Positions 29,520 to 39,590 of a stretch of 64,000 nucleotides of DNA are shown here, in pieces. Numbering within the stretch: the first letter of the stretch is position 1; each line of letters opens with the position of its first letter. Both the position numbers and the translations under genes were made by a program. The notes under the pieces are model-generated. The model made no database searches and was not told the origin of the DNA. It saw only the letters and a list, made by a program, of their open reading frames with translations. The stretch covers positions 7,382 through 71,381 of the forward strand of contig JBARQV010000025.1 in the NCBI GenBank assembly GCA_049643885.1. Direction: 5' to 3'. This DNA comes from Candidatus Omnitrophota bacterium. GTDB taxonomy: Bacteria; Omnitrophota; Gorgyraeia; Tantalellales; Tantalellaceae.

Positions 29520-30611
29520 CTAGCTCTTGCGGTTGATTTCCCAGGCGCCGATGAGGATGAAGAGGATGTTACTCAGCCAGGCGGCTACTACCGGGGGAAG
29601 AGCGCCGCCTTTACCCAGGGCCAGGCATATAGCCATAGTCGGCAGATACAACAAAGCCATGCCGATACCCTTGGCCATCCCGATAAGTGCGTTAGCGCGT
29701 CCTGATGTTATGCTGAACGGGACTCCGACCATGACCACTGCTATGGCAGCGAACGGAAAAGATAATTTATAGTTAAGATCGACAAGGAGGCGTCTCACAG
29801 CAGTGGGCGAGCTTCCCTTAAATATCTCAATATGCTTCCCGAGCTGCCCGTAGCTCATAAGCCGTGGGTCCCACTGGTTGGTGACAAAGTCATCCGGGGT
29901 TTCCGTTATCGGAAGTTTCTTGTTCTGATAGACCTCAGGTTCTCCTGTAAAATCCCCGTTCGTGTCCACGTTGAAGATCATGACGTCCGTACCGTACCAG
30001 AACCCGCCGTTCCGCCATTTCGCGAGCCTTGCGCTGATCTTTTTTGTGACGATACGGTTTTCGTCGTGTTTGTGGATGATCACGTTCTCCAAAGTCTTGT
30101 TCCTGGGAATATAAGACTTGGCGAAGATTATCTGGTTGTTTGCTCCGTACATCGCCAGATTCTTAACGACCGCGGCGCCTTCTCCTTCCTTCTCCAGTTC
30201 TTCCTGCCTGATCTGGCTGGCCTTCTCCATACTGGAAGGCACGAACTTGTCGTTCACTATGAGTGTGATCAGGCAAAAAACGAAAACTATCACTATTATC
30301 GGCCTTAGAAGCTTCCATATGCTCAGACCGCTCGTTATTGCCGCAGTTACCTCCTGGTTCTTGCTCAGATTATTAAACACGTATACGGAACTTAAAAGCG
30401 CCGCGAAGGGGACCATGTTCACGAAAGCGAAGGGAGCAAAATGAAAATAGAACATCAGGATGCTAACCAGGGGTATGTTTTTCTTGAAAATATCATCCAG
30501 GAACCCCAGGATATCCCCTATCACCCCGAGGACCATCAGGAGCGTTATGCAGAATAAAAACGCCGCGATAAAATCTTTGACGATATATTTTTCGAGTATC
30601 CTCATTTTCAA
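29520..30611 (-). CDS. lptG: LPS export ABC permease LptG (YjgP/YjgQ family)
   Basis: N-terminal MKMRILEKYIVKDF...LLMVLG, a periplasmic beta-jellyroll middle and C-terminal TMs. Confidence 0.8.
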   Translation of the reverse strand: MKMRILEKYIVKDFIAAFLFCITLLMVLGVIGDILGFLDDIFKKNIPLVSILMFYFHFAPFAFVNMVPFAALLSSVYVFNNLSKNQEVTAAITSGLSIWKLLRPIIVIVFVFCLITLIVNDKFVPSSMEKASQIRQEELEKEGEGAAVVKNLAMYGANNQIIFAKSYIPRNKTLENVIIHKHDENRIVTKKISARLAKWRNGGFWYGTDVMIFNVDTNGDFTGEPEVYQNKKLPITETPDDFVTNQWDPRLMSYGQLGKHIEIFKGSSPTAVRRLLVDLNYKLSFPFAAIAVVMVGVPFSITSGRANALIGMAKGIGMALLYLPTMAICLALGKGGALPPVVAAWLSNILFILIGAWEINRKS

Positions 30612-30612
30612 C

Positions 30613-31707
30613 CTATTTGTTGCCTACCCGCAGGAACAAAAAAACACCCAGGGCGAACATCAAAACATTGGCGGTCCAAACCCCCACCCAGGGAGGTATT
30701 ATCGCCCGGATGGCAAAGGCGATCCCGCCGAGCATTATGGCCCAATATAAAAGGAATATCCCCATGGCCATGCTAAAGCCGATGAATTTTTCCCGGCGGT
30801 GGGTGGTTATCGCCAGCGGAATACCGACCAGGACGAAGATAAAATTTGAGAATGCCAGGGCTATTTTCTTATGGAGTTCGATCTGTAATGGGACGACGTT
30901 CACATCGTCTTTTTTCAACGATCCGATATCCGCTAAAAGTTCTTTGATGCTTTTTTCCCTGGCTTTCTTCTGGATGTTATCTAGATCTGCGGCCTTATCA
31001 AGGTTAAGGGTCATGAAATAATCCTGGAAAGTCAGCTTATAAAACTCCCCGGGATTCTCCGGTACGATCTCATCCGCCGTCCCATCCTTTAGCCGCAGCT
31101 TGATACTATTTTTCCCCGGCATGGGAATGATCTCCCCGCTTTTGGCCACGATCGTCCGGGTCGGCCCGTCTTTCCTGGGCTGATATATCCGGATATTTTC
31201 AAGCGTGTTACCGTTGATACCATGGACAAAGATGATGTAATCCTTGAACCCCTTTACGAACACACCCGGTTCAAGTAAAGCAGCCGGGTGTTTCAGACCC
31301 AGTCTTTTCAGCAGTTTCCGGGCCGCGAACTCCGATTGCGGAAGTATCCTGTCGTTCAAGGGAACGCTCATGAGGCTGACAATGAACCCGCAGATGATCA
31401 CCGGTAACGCTATCTTGTAAAGGCTCATCCCGCTGACCCTGAGGGCGATAACCTCATTGTCGCTGGACAGGCGTCCGAATCCAAGAAGGACAGCCGAGAG
31501 AACGGAAATAGGGATAGTAAAAATAAGGACGTAAGGCAGGAAATAAACGAAGACCTTGATGACCTGGATGAATTCCACACCCTTGTTTATTATCAAGTCG
31601 ACCGACTGGACGATATTGCCGGCGGCCAAAATAAAAGTGGAAACCAGCAAAGAGGCCACAAAGGGGCCGCCTATTTCTTTTAGCAAGTATCTATTGATTA
31701 TTTTCAT
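30613..31707 (-). CDS. lptF: LPS export ABC permease LptF (YjgP/YjgQ family)
   Basis: Start set to the internal MKIINRYLLKEIGGPF, the canonical LptF/G N-terminus. The 37 upstream codons in the ORF track overlap the pfkA 3' end. Confidence 0.8.
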   Translation of the reverse strand: MKIINRYLLKEIGGPFVASLLVSTFILAAGNIVQSVDLIINKGVEFIQVIKVFVYFLPYVLIFTIPISVLSAVLLGFGRLSSDNEVIALRVSGMSLYKIALPVIICGFIVSLMSVPLNDRILPQSEFAARKLLKRLGLKHPAALLEPGVFVKGFKDYIIFVHGINGNTLENIRIYQPRKDGPTRTIVAKSGEIIPMPGKNSIKLRLKDGTADEIVPENPGEFYKLTFQDYFMTLNLDKAADLDNIQKKAREKSIKELLADIGSLKKDDVNVVPLQIELHKKIALAFSNFIFVLVGIPLAITTHRREKFIGFSMAMGIFLLYWAIMLGGIAFAIRAIIPPWVGVWTANVLMFALGVFLFLRVGNK

Positions 31708-31735
31708 GGCAAAGCTATCAGCGTCTGAAGTCTGT

Positions 31736-32719
31736 TTATGTGGCAAGCAACTTTGTGAGCGAGTAATACTCTTCGTCCAATTTCCTGTCCTTATCCCTTT
31801 CGAAACAGGCTTTTTCATAAGGAATAAGTTGAAGCTTGTAACCTTTTATTCCAACAGTCGCATCCGAATTGCCTTCGATAAGAGCGGTTACGGCAAACGC
31901 TCCCATGGCCGAAGCGAGTATCCTGTCGGGAGCCAGGGGAGAACCGCCTCTCTGGATATGGCCGAGCGTTATCCCCCTTACTTCGTGTCCGGTTTTTTCT
32001 CTTATTTTTTCGGAAAGCTCATGAGCGCCGCAATATCCTTCCGAGACGATGATGATCCAGCTTCTTTTGCCCTTTTTCTCCGCTTCTTTTACTTCCGCGG
32101 CTATCTCGTCTACCGTCACTTTTGAACCGGGATAAAGAACTTCCTCGGCGCCGCATGCCAGTCCCGTCCTCACGGCGATATAAGGTTCTTTCCTGCCCAT
32201 CACTTCCACGACGTAGATCCTCTCCATGCTGGTCACGGTGTCTCTTATCTTGTCAACGGCTTCAAGAACTGTGTGCACCGCGGTATGCGCACCGACAGTA
32301 TAGTCGGTGTATCCCACATCGTTATCGATGGTCCCGGGGATGCCGATATTATTTATGTTCCACCTCTTATGCAGCTCATGGGCCCCCTGGAAAGAACCGT
32401 TTCCGCCGATTATGATAAGTCCGTCTATCCCATTATCTTTGATAACTTTGACCGCCTTTTCCTGCCCTTCCCTGGTCATGAATTCCTTCGACCTTGCGGT
32501 CTTGAGTATGGTCCCGCCGCGGCCCAGAATATTGCTTACGCTCCTGGAGTCCATCTCAATGATCTCACCGTCGATCAGGCCTGCATACCCCCTCATGACG
32601 CCTCTTACCTCGAGACCTTCAAAAATGGCCTTACGGACAACACTGCGTATAGCGGCATTCATCCCGGGCGCGTCGCCACCTGACGTCAGAACTCCTATTC
32701 GTTTTATACGTTTAGTCAC
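31736..32719 (-). CDS. pfkA: ATP-dependent 6-phosphofructokinase
   Basis: IGVLTSGGDAPGMNAAIR, GGDGS and the MGR motif (VVEVMGR). RBS AAGGAG is followed by 7 nt and the ATG. Confidence 0.9.
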   Translation of the reverse strand: MTKRIKRIGVLTSGGDAPGMNAAIRSVVRKAIFEGLEVRGVMRGYAGLIDGEIIEMDSRSVSNILGRGGTILKTARSKEFMTREGQEKAVKVIKDNGIDGLIIIGGNGSFQGAHELHKRWNINNIGIPGTIDNDVGYTDYTVGAHTAVHTVLEAVDKIRDTVTSMERIYVVEVMGRKEPYIAVRTGLACGAEEVLYPGSKVTVDEIAAEVKEAEKKGKRSWIIIVSEGYCGAHELSEKIREKTGHEVRGITLGHIQRGGSPLAPDRILASAMGAFAVTALIEGNSDATVGIKGYKLQLIPYEKACFERDKDRKLDEEYYSLTKLLAT

Positions 32720-32725
32720 ATAGCT

Positions 32726-32797
32726 CCTTTATTCGTCGTTCGTGGTTAGTGGTTCCTTTTCGTTACGAATCACGAAAAACGAACGACGAACGACGAG
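32726..32797. repeat. Inverted-repeat element with CGACGAACGACGA arms (family E)
   Basis: ttcgtcgttcgtgg ... ttttcgt.gattcgta.acgaaaa ... cgaacgacgaacgacga forms nested hairpins between the ahcY stop and the pfkA start. Solo copies of the arm lie at 26835-26848 and 29496-29515. Confidence 0.5.
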
Positions 32798-34213
32798 TTA
32801 ATATCTGTAATGCTCCGGTTTATACGGACCTTTTACGGGCACACCGATATAGTCCGCCTGCTCTTTTGTAAGACTTGTGAGTTTTACTCCTATTTTCTCA
32901 AGATGAAGCCGAGCGACTTCCTCGTCAAGATCCTTGGGCAACCTGTAGACTTTCTTATCGTAATTCTCCCTGTTCTTCCAAAGATCTATCTGCGCCAAAA
33001 CCTGGTTTGTAAAAGAATTAGACATCACAAAGGAAGGATGTCCGGTCGCGCACCCCAGGTTGACTAGTCTTCCTTCGGCAAGCAGATATATCTCTTTCCC
33101 GTCGGGAAAAACATACTTATCTACCTGAGGTTTAATATTGATTTTCTTGATACCTTTAAAATTTTCAAGTTCCGCTACCTGTATCTCATTGTCGAAGTGT
33201 CCGATGTTGCATACGATCGCCTGGTCTTTCATTTTTTCCATATGCTTTACCCCGATGACACCTTTGTTGCCTGTAGCTGTGACATATATGTCCGCTGTCC
33301 CAAGCGTATCTTCAACGGTAGTCACCTCATACCCTTCCATTGCGGCCTGCAAAGCACATATCGGGTCTATTTCGGTTACGATCACGCGAGCTCCAAGGCT
33401 TCTGAGCGACTGCGCGGAGCCTTTCCCCACGTCTCCGTACCCGCAAACGACCGCCACTTTACCCGCAAGCATCACATCCATGGACCTTTTAAGCCCGTCC
33501 ACCAGGGACTCACGGCAACCATAAAGATTGTCGAATTTGGATTTTGTCACGGAATCATTAACATTGATCGCGGGGACAAGCAGGTCGCCATTCTTCATCA
33601 TGCGGTAAAGACGGTTGACTCCGGTCGTGGTCTCCTCCGAGACGCCTTTCCAGTCCTTGACCATATTTGTCCACTTGGAAGGATCCTGCTTGAGGGTATT
33701 TTTCAGCGTTTTAATAAGAGCGGCTTCATCCTCTCCACCGGGTTCCTTGTCCAGGACCAGAGGGTCCTTTTCGGCGCTGGCACCGAGATGAAGCATGAGC
33801 GTTGCGTCCCCACCGTCATCGACTACCAGATTAGGACCTTTACCTCCGGGAAAAGTTAGTGCCTTTTCAGTGCACCACCAGTATTCTTCCAGTGTCTCCC
33901 CTTTCCAGGCGAAAACCGGGATCCCCGCCTTGGCCATGGCCGCCGCGGCATGATCCTGGGTGGAAAAGATGTTACAACTGGCCCATCTCACATCGGCCCC
34001 CAACTGCACAAGGGTCTCTATAAGAACGGCCGTCTGAATGGTCATATGCAATGACCCCGTTATCCTGGCGCCCGCGAGAGGTTTGTCTTTGGCGTGCTTT
34101 TGCCGAATGGCCATCAAACCCGGCATTTCGTGTTCCGCTATCGCGATCTCTTTTATGCCAAGTTCCGCTAACCCTATATCTCTGATCTTGTAGTCATCGG
34201 TCTTTATCACCAT
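32798..34213 (-). CDS. ahcY: Adenosylhomocysteinase
   Basis: [37 protein letters not shown] at the N-terminus, and the NAD-binding site [12 protein letters not shown]. Start set to the internal Met at 34213, which has GGAGGAAGT-ATG upstream. Confidence 0.9.
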   Translation of the reverse strand: MVIKTDDYKIRDIGLAELGIKEIAIAEHEMPGLMAIRQKHAKDKPLAGARITGSLHMTIQTAVLIETLVQLGADVRWASCNIFSTQDHAAAAMAKAGIPVFAWKGETLEEYWWCTEKALTFPGGKGPNLVVDDGGDATLMLHLGASAEKDPLVLDKEPGGEDEAALIKTLKNTLKQDPSKWTNMVKDWKGVSEETTTGVNRLYRMMKNGDLLVPAINVNDSVTKSKFDNLYGCRESLVDGLKRSMDVMLAGKVAVVCGYGDVGKGSAQSLRSLGARVIVTEIDPICALQAAMEGYEVTTVEDTLGTADIYVTATGNKGVIGVKHMEKMKDQAIVCNIGHFDNEIQVAELENFKGIKKINIKPQVDKYVFPDGKEIYLLAEGRLVNLGCATGHPSFVMSNSFTNQVLAQIDLWKNRENYDKKVYRLPKDLDEEVARLHLEKIGVKLTSLTKEQADYIGVPVKGPYKPEHYRY

Positions 34214-34313
34214 ACTTCCTCCAACTCGTGATCCCCGGTCTCGTTCCACTCGCCGGGGATAAAATTCGGCATAACGATTTATGTCACTCTGTTCCATAAA
34301 TCGTGGCCTCATT
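34214..34313 (-). promoter_or_regulatory. Structured metK-ahcY intergenic leader (two stable hairpins; possible SAH-responsive element, unverified)
   Basis: RNA sense: ...CACGAUUUAUGG-aacagaguga-CAUAAAUCGU ... AUCCCCGG-cgaguggaacgaga-CCGGGGAU-cacgaguuGGAGGaaguAUG. Confidence 0.25.
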
Positions 34314-35459
34314 TTACTTCGCTTTTTTCTTCAGTATATCGGCCTTATTGATCTCTTCCCAGGTAAAACCTTCCTCGCTCCGGCCAAAATGACCGTAGGC
34401 CGCTGTTCTTTTATAGATAGGCCTCCTTAGCTTCAAGCTCTTTATAATACCACCCGGCATAAGATCAAAATTTTCCCTTACAAGTTTTACCAGCCCCGTG
34501 TCGGAGATCTTGCCCGTACCGAAGGTATTCACCATGACACTGACCGGTTCGGCCACACCTATGGCATAAGCGAACTGGACCTCGCACTTCTTGGCCAAGC
34601 CCGAAGCGACAATATTCTTGGCCACGTAACGGGCCATGTAAGAGGCAGAACGGTCCACTTTTGACGGATCTTTTCCGCTGAAACACCCGCCCCCGTGGCT
34701 GCCTACGCCGCCGTAAGTATCGACAATGATCTTCCGTCCCGTCACCCCGGTATCGGCTTGAGGCCCGCCCACTTCAAATCTTCCAGTGGGATTCACGAAG
34801 ATCTTTGTGTTCTTATCCATAAGATGCTTCGGAACGATCTTCTTTATTACAAGAGATATAAGATCGCGGCGGATATCCTTCATCTTCGCGTTTTTATCAT
34901 GGTGAGCGCTGACCACGACCGCCTCGACCCGTTGAGGCTTGCCGTTATTATACTCGACCGTGACCTGACTCTTCCCGTCGGGACGGAGATATTTTACCAC
35001 CCTTTCTCTCCTGATCTCAGCCAGGCGCCTGGTAAGGGCGTGAGCCAGCGTGATCGGCAGGGGCATGAATTCTTTGGTCTCATCGGTCGCGTATCCGAAC
35101 ATCATCCCCTGGTCCCCTGCTCCTCCTGTATCAACCCCTTCGGCGATATCCGGTGACTGTTCCTGAATCGCCGTTATGACCCCGCAGGTCAGGTAGTCAA
35201 ACCCGTAATCCGCGTGTGTGTATCCTATCTCCTTTATGGTCTGCCTTACCGTTTTGGGTATGTCCACGTAACAGGAAGTGGTTATTTCCCCCGCGACAAA
35301 CGCCAATCCGGTAGTTACCATGGTTTCGCAGGCCACCCTGCCGGCAGGATCCTCCTTATATATCGCATCCAGAATAGCGTCGGATATCTGGTCACAGACC
35401 TTGTCCGGATGCCCCTCAGTCACGCTTTCAGAAGTAAATAAATATTTATCTTTCTTCAC
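34314..35459 (-). CDS. metK: S-adenosylmethionine synthetase
   Basis: [31 protein letters not shown] and the full MetK layout. Confidence 0.92.
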   Translation of the reverse strand: MKKDKYLFTSESVTEGHPDKVCDQISDAILDAIYKEDPAGRVACETMVTTGLAFVAGEITTSCYVDIPKTVRQTIKEIGYTHADYGFDYLTCGVITAIQEQSPDIAEGVDTGGAGDQGMMFGYATDETKEFMPLPITLAHALTRRLAEIRRERVVKYLRPDGKSQVTVEYNNGKPQRVEAVVVSAHHDKNAKMKDIRRDLISLVIKKIVPKHLMDKNTKIFVNPTGRFEVGGPQADTGVTGRKIIVDTYGGVGSHGGGCFSGKDPSKVDRSASYMARYVAKNIVASGLAKKCEVQFAYAIGVAEPVSVMVNTFGTGKISDTGLVKLVRENFDLMPGGIIKSLKLRRPIYKRTAAYGHFGRSEEGFTWEEINKADILKKKAK

Positions 35460-35480
35460 CTATTCCCCTCCCTTTTACTT

Positions 35481-36224
35481 TCAGGCTTCTCTCTCCCTGT
35501 ACTCCAGGTCGGCTTTTTCCAAGGAATTCTTATCACCGATGTCGTACCAGCCTTCCGTGAACACGTAACCGTAAACGTCGTCATTCATCGTCATCCACCG
35601 GACGTAATTGCCGGGGGCGTCTTTCACCAGGCTCGTATTCATATAATCCGCGACTGAGTTCACTTTGGATTTCGGAAGATAATAGATCCCGGTCGAAGCC
35701 AGGGTGCTTTTTGGCGACTCAGGTTTTTCCTGAAAATCGATTATCTTCTGGCCGGCATCGATCGATACTATTCCGTACCTCCTGGCGTTCGACTTGTCCT
35801 TGACGTCGAACAGGGCTACGCTGAGGCATTTTTTCTTCCTGGCAAAGCTTATAAAATCGACAATGTCAAATTCAAAAAGATTATCCCCGGCCATGATAAG
35901 GACATCATCTTTGGGTTTTTCTTTTCCCAAAACCAGATCAATGTCGCCTATGGCCCCCAGGCGGTCTTCATTCGACTTGGTCATATCGTTCAATACCTTC
36001 ACTTCGAAAGAAAAGTTTTTCCCCCTGAGCCAGTTCACGGTCGTGTTGTAGAACCTGTCGTTCGTAACAACGTAGACCTCGTCACAGGATTCAACCTTTT
36101 CCAGTTTCTCCAATAATCTGCCGAGTATCGCCTTTCCTCCCACTTTGACAAGCGGCTTGGGCCGGTCAAGCGTCAAGGGATACAATCTGGTGCCGTATCC
36201 GGCAGCTAATATCAAACCTTTCAT
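35481..36224 (-). CDS. Sugar-phosphate nucleotidyltransferase (NDP-sugar pyrophosphorylase family)
   Basis: MKGLILAAGYGTRLYPLT..PKPLV, the G-x-G-T-R-L signature of RmlA/GlmU-like NTP transferases. Confidence 0.75.
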   Translation of the reverse strand: MKGLILAAGYGTRLYPLTLDRPKPLVKVGGKAILGRLLEKLEKVESCDEVYVVTNDRFYNTTVNWLRGKNFSFEVKVLNDMTKSNEDRLGAIGDIDLVLGKEKPKDDVLIMAGDNLFEFDIVDFISFARKKKCLSVALFDVKDKSNARRYGIVSIDAGQKIIDFQEKPESPKSTLASTGIYYLPKSKVNSVADYMNTSLVKDAPGNYVRWMTMNDDVYGYVFTEGWYDIGDKNSLEKADLEYREREA

Positions 36225-36239
36225 TCCACTCCTTCCTGT

Positions 36240-38027
36240 CTATGCCAGCTCGGCCGCTATATCGGGGACCAGTTCTTCCAGCTTGGACCTGCAGAATTCC
36301 TGCACTTCCTTTCCGGTCGTGAACGTCATGGCTTTTTCGGCGATTGCTTTGGCCTCGGAATATTTAACTGAACGTACCACCTTCCTGACCTCCGGAACGG
36401 CTATGGGGGAAGTACTGAACTCGTCAAGCCCCAGGCCTAAAAGAACCATGGTCATGTAAGCGTCACCTGCCATTTCTCCGCAAAGACCGACTTCGATGTT
36501 GTTCTTGTGGGCGTTGTCGATTATGGATTTGATAAGCTCCAAAATCGCGGGATGCGCAGGTTCATACAGGTACGCTATCTTCTCATTGACCCTGTCCACC
36601 GCCAGGGAGTATTGGATAAGATCGTTCGTCCCTATACTGAAAAAATCGGCTTCTTTTGCCAGAATATCGCTGGTTATCGCTGCCGACGGGACTTCTATCA
36701 TCACTCCTACCGGAATATTTTCGTTGAACGGGATCTTCTTTTTCTTGAGCTCGGCCTTGACTTCTTCCAGGATGACATTCGCCTGGCGCAGCTCGCTGAC
36801 ACCGGAGATCATCGGATACATCATTTTGATATTCCCGTAGGCCGAAGCCCTCAGTATGGCCCTAAGCTGTGTTTTGAAAATATCCGGCCGGGCCAGACAG
36901 AAACGGATCGCCCGCCACCCAAGAAACGGGTTCATCTCCCTGGGGATCTCAAGCTGGGAAAGGAATTTATCCCCGCCGAGGTCAAGTGTCCGTATGATAA
37001 CAAAACGGGGCTTGATCCTGGTCGCGACCGACTTATAAGCGTTGAATTGCTCTTCCTCGCTCGGCAGATCCCGTCTGTTCATATAAAAATATTCCGTCCG
37101 GTATAAGCCTATTCCTTCGGCGCCGTGCGAAATAACGCTGGCTACGTCTTCCGGCAGCTCGATATTCCCCGCTATGGTGACCTTTTTACCGTCACGCGTC
37201 TCGCTGGGCAGGGCCCTCATCTGGATAAGCTCGTGCTCCATGTGTTCATACTTTTTCTTGTCTTTCAGATACTTATCGAGAAAATTTTTCGTAGGATTGA
37301 CTATCACCACCCCGTGTATACCGTCCAGTATGACCTGATCTCCGGTCTGGACCGCGTCGGTCACTTTCTCCAGGCCCACCACTGCGGGTATCTCCAGGGA
37401 CTTGGCCATGATCGCGGTATGGGAGGTCCTTCCGCCTATATCAGTCGCGAACCCTATGACCCTGCCCTTGTGCATCATCGCCGTTTCTGAAGGAGAGAGG
37501 TCATAAGCTATCACTATCGATTTCTCTTCCAGCTCGTCCATACTCTTCTCCTCGGCTCCCAGGAGATTCCTCAAGATCCTCTTTCCCACATCGGTTATAT
37601 CGGTTATCCTGTCCCGGAGATATTCGTCCTTGGCTTCCGAAAGCACATTGACATATTTGTTCAAAACTTCGGCGAATACCGATTCGATATTTTTCTTTTT
37701 CTTTTTCAGTCTGGAGATGACCTCCTGGACGAGAACGCTGTCTTCCAGCACCAGAAGATGCGCGCTGAATATCTTTCCGTGTTCGACGCCGACCTCGCGG
37801 GAGATCTTCTTCTCTATCGCGACGATCTCTCTTTTGGTGTCCATCAGGACTTTTTTGAACCTGGATATTTCGGTGGGAATATCTTTTTCGGAGATGTTGT
37901 GAACAGGAGGAGACAGCTCTTCAGTCCCGAAGACGTATGCTTTACCGATGGCTATACCCGGAGCGGCCGGGATACCCTTAAGCTGCATCTGTTTTTTTAC
38001 GATCTGGCGGTTTGTCTTATCTTTCAT
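36240..38027 (-). CDS. ptsI: Phosphoenolpyruvate-protein phosphotransferase (PTS enzyme I)
   Basis: GIPAAPGIAIGKA, the phospho-His region GGRTSHTAIMAKSLEIPAVVG and the C-terminal PEP-utilising TIM barrel. The true start may be the internal MQLKG. Confidence 0.88.
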   Translation of the reverse strand: MKDKTNRQIVKKQMQLKGIPAAPGIAIGKAYVFGTEELSPPVHNISEKDIPTEISRFKKVLMDTKREIVAIEKKISREVGVEHGKIFSAHLLVLEDSVLVQEVISRLKKKKKNIESVFAEVLNKYVNVLSEAKDEYLRDRITDITDVGKRILRNLLGAEEKSMDELEEKSIVIAYDLSPSETAMMHKGRVIGFATDIGGRTSHTAIMAKSLEIPAVVGLEKVTDAVQTGDQVILDGIHGVVIVNPTKNFLDKYLKDKKKYEHMEHELIQMRALPSETRDGKKVTIAGNIELPEDVASVISHGAEGIGLYRTEYFYMNRRDLPSEEEQFNAYKSVATRIKPRFVIIRTLDLGGDKFLSQLEIPREMNPFLGWRAIRFCLARPDIFKTQLRAILRASAYGNIKMMYPMISGVSELRQANVILEEVKAELKKKKIPFNENIPVGVMIEVPSAAITSDILAKEADFFSIGTNDLIQYSLAVDRVNEKIAYLYEPAHPAILELIKSIIDNAHKNNIEVGLCGEMAGDAYMTMVLLGLGLDEFSTSPIAVPEVRKVVRSVKYSEAKAIAEKAMTFTTGKEVQEFCRSKLEELVPDIAAELA

Positions 38028-38048
38028 CCAGCATTTCCCCTGACCCGG

Positions 38049-38327
38049 CTAATTCACAACATCGGGTTCGATATCGTGAAGCAGGACCTCCGAAAGTTCC
38101 GCCACTGCCTCTTCAGCATCGTCCCCTTTGGCTATAATGGTTATGTTGGCCCCCTTCTCCGCGGCCAGCATAAGTATTCCCATGATAGATTTGCCGTTCA
38201 CTTCCTGATCCTCTTTTGTAATGGTTATATCACTGTCATATTTATTCGCTGTCTGAACGAAAATGGCGGCCGGCCTGGCGTGAAGCCCGGTCCTGTTCTT
38301 TACGATTATCTCTTTCCTTACTTCCAT
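38049..38327 (-). CDS. ptsH: Phosphocarrier protein HPr
   Basis: NRTGLHARPAA (active His15) and the regulatory Ser46 context GKSIMGIL. Confidence 0.85.
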   Translation of the reverse strand: MEVRKEIIVKNRTGLHARPAAIFVQTANKYDSDITITKEDQEVNGKSIMGILMLAAEKGANITIIAKGDDAEEAVAELSEVLLHDIEPDVVN

Positions 38328-38337
38328 TTCCCCGATC

Positions 38338-39582
38338 TCACTTCCGCTTTTCCTGGGACAATATATCCATGATCACATCCGAAAGCTTCATGGGATCATG
38401 CCTGACAAATTCCTTTATGCCCGCGATGTTCGCTTTCACCAGCTTGATCTTTTCCTCTTTAAACCAGCTCTCATCCCTTTCGCTTATCTCCACCGGATAC
38501 TTGTTCTCGAGCTTATACTTCTCGTAAAGCTGTTTGGGTATCCTCGAAACATTGGCCACGCAATAATCTATGATACCCGGTCCGGTATGTTTTATAATGG
38601 CCCTTACATGGTCGCTTACCGAAAAGTTTTCTGTCTCGCCGCCTTCCGTCATGACATTGCAGACATATATCTTCACCGCTTTTGCCCTGAGGATCTGCCT
38701 TTGAATTCCCTTGATGAGAAGGTTAGGCATCACGCTGGTATAAAGACTTCCGGGCCCCAGGATGATCACGTCGGCCTGGCTGATAGCATCGATCGATTCC
38801 TGTGTCGCTTTGCAGTCCCCGGGAGAAAGGAGCAACTGGTCTATAGGGCTCTCCCTCTCTTCACGTATCAGGCTTTCGCCGACTGTCTCCCTGCCATTCA
38901 GCCTTTTGGCCACGAGTTTTACCCTCTGCAGGGTCGCCGGGAATACGTTCCCGCGTATGGCCAGGACCTTACTTGACTCGGTTATGGCCTTGGCAAAATC
39001 CCCTGTGACCTTTGACATTGCAGTAATGAAAAGATTGCCGAAATTATGGCCTTTTAGCCCTTCTCCCTCACTGAACCGGAATTGGAACAGCGGCCCCAGG
39101 AGGTCCTCCGAATCGGCCAGGGCCACAAGACAGTTACGGATATCGCCCGGCGGCAAGACATCAAGCTCTTGGCGCAGACGCCCGGAAGAACCCCCGTCAT
39201 CGGCAACGGTCACTATCGCGGTTATATTGCTCGTTCTTTGCTTGAGGCCTGTAAGAAGGGTGGATAGGCCCGTCCCCCCGCCAACGACCACTATCTTCGG
39301 GCCCTTTTCCAGGATGCGCTTTTCATAAACTTTTTCGACCAGTGTGTTCTTGTCGCTTTCCGGCGCCAGGACCGTCATGAAGGATTTCAATATCCTCTTG
39401 ACGGCAAAGATCACGCACATCATGCCCAAGACAATGATAAGCCCGGCGATGGTCTTATTCTCCGAACTTCTCTCAAAGATCACGATCACGAAACCCATCG
39501 AGATCATGAGAATCCCGAAAACGGAAAGGGATATCCACCGTTTTATCAGCATTCCCGGATAGAGCCATTTAAGTCTTTTCAT
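38338..39582 (-). CDS. YvcK/CofD-like (UPF0052) gluconeogenesis-factor family protein with N-terminal TM anchor
   Basis: KIVVVGGGTGLSTLLTGLK...ITAIVTVADDGGSSGRLR...DIRNCLVALA, the YvcK signature. Confidence 0.8.
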   Translation of the reverse strand: MKRLKWLYPGMLIKRWISLSVFGILMISMGFVIVIFERSSENKTIAGLIIVLGMMCVIFAVKRILKSFMTVLAPESDKNTLVEKVYEKRILEKGPKIVVVGGGTGLSTLLTGLKQRTSNITAIVTVADDGGSSGRLRQELDVLPPGDIRNCLVALADSEDLLGPLFQFRFSEGEGLKGHNFGNLFITAMSKVTGDFAKAITESSKVLAIRGNVFPATLQRVKLVAKRLNGRETVGESLIREERESPIDQLLLSPGDCKATQESIDAISQADVIILGPGSLYTSVMPNLLIKGIQRQILRAKAVKIYVCNVMTEGGETENFSVSDHVRAIIKHTGPGIIDYCVANVSRIPKQLYEKYKLENKYPVEISERDESWFKEEKIKLVKANIAGIKEFVRHDPMKLSDVIMDILSQEKRK

Positions 39583-39590
39583 ATGGGTTA

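Noticed and set aside
31708-31818. N-terminal extension of lptF overlapping the pfkA 3' end
   Set aside because: The canonical LptF/G N-terminus MKIINRYLLKE begins at the internal Met. The extension is hydrophilic read-through of the pfkA terminus.
34214-34312. N-terminal 33-codon extension of ahcY ([17 protein letters not shown]...)
   Set aside because: Conserved AhcY N-termini begin near MxxxDYKV/I. The internal Met is preceded by GGAGGAAGT and the upstream part overlaps a structured leader.
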